Shown: positions 63,641-64,000 of the stretch, piece after piece
Layout: the number at the start of each line of letters is the position of its first letter
Position numbering within the stretch: the stretch's first letter is position 1
Origin: Blastocystis sp. Blastoise
Taxonomy: Eukaryota; Protista; Bigyra: Opalinata
Direction of reading: 5' to 3'
DNA length: 64,000 nucleotides
NCBI GenBank assembly: GCA_039096225.1
Contig: JBBPEB010000014.1
Span: 1,798,001 to 1,862,000 of the forward strand
Made by a program: the position numbers and the translations under genes
Notes under the pieces: model-generated
The model's database searches: none
Seen by the model: the letters and a program-made list of their open reading frames with translations, nothing else
What the model was told of the DNA's origin: nothing

Positions 63641-64000
63641 AACATATAAAAAAATCTATAAGATTATAAAGTAATACGTGTAGCAATTATATCTATAATA
63701 ATCAAACACATTTATCAATTTAAAATAAATTATGACATTTTGTTAACAATAATTATAATAAAAATTCTTCGTTTAAAAAAAACGAAGAAAACTCGCTGTT
63801 TTTTACAAAAAAATTTTTCTTCGTTTTTTAATCATTCATTGACCTAATTCAAATGTTACAAGCTGTTCGTCATATAGAATAAAAATTAGTTGTGTCTTCT
63901 TACTTTTAAATAAAAACTAACAAATTATATTGATTTACTCAAAATCGATATGAAATAATTTGGGCAACTATAATGTTTATAGCATATAATTTAGGGTGAT

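Overview
Very AT-rich (about 20% GC by eye), intron-dense eukaryotic DNA. Short GT-AG introns (down to about 30-40 nt, many expanded with TA/TAT microsatellites), poly-Asn exons and BTB-like/TLDc gene families suggest an anaerobic stramenopile of the Blastocystis type; this is an inference. The left half (0.6-34 kb) holds apparently intact genes: a HAS1/DDX18 helicase, a HECT E3 ligase, a large helical protein (tentatively FANCI-like), a PH-domain gene, a complete Tc1 (DD34E) transposon, a TSG101/Vps23-like gene, a 2602-aa secreted Cys-repeat/FN3 protein and a parkin-like RBR ligase. The right half (35-64 kb) is decaying and rich in mobile DNA: a frameshifted TLDc gene, a BTB-like family gene, a 1.39-kb foldback element with 451-bp TIRs, a small multi-exon transcript with an in-frame TAG, a fibro-slime/PA14 gene, a CACTA/Mirage transposase with a divergent partner gene, and an exportin-7 pseudogene split by a 2.6-kb 19-bp minisatellite. 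Main unexplained signals: an exonic, orientation- and frame-independent ATTCCCGYG motif seen 13 times, a perfect heat-shock element in the Tc1 promoter, introns bounded by self-complementary TA tracts, and a Ubl-less parkin-like gene. All alignments and counts were done by eye.
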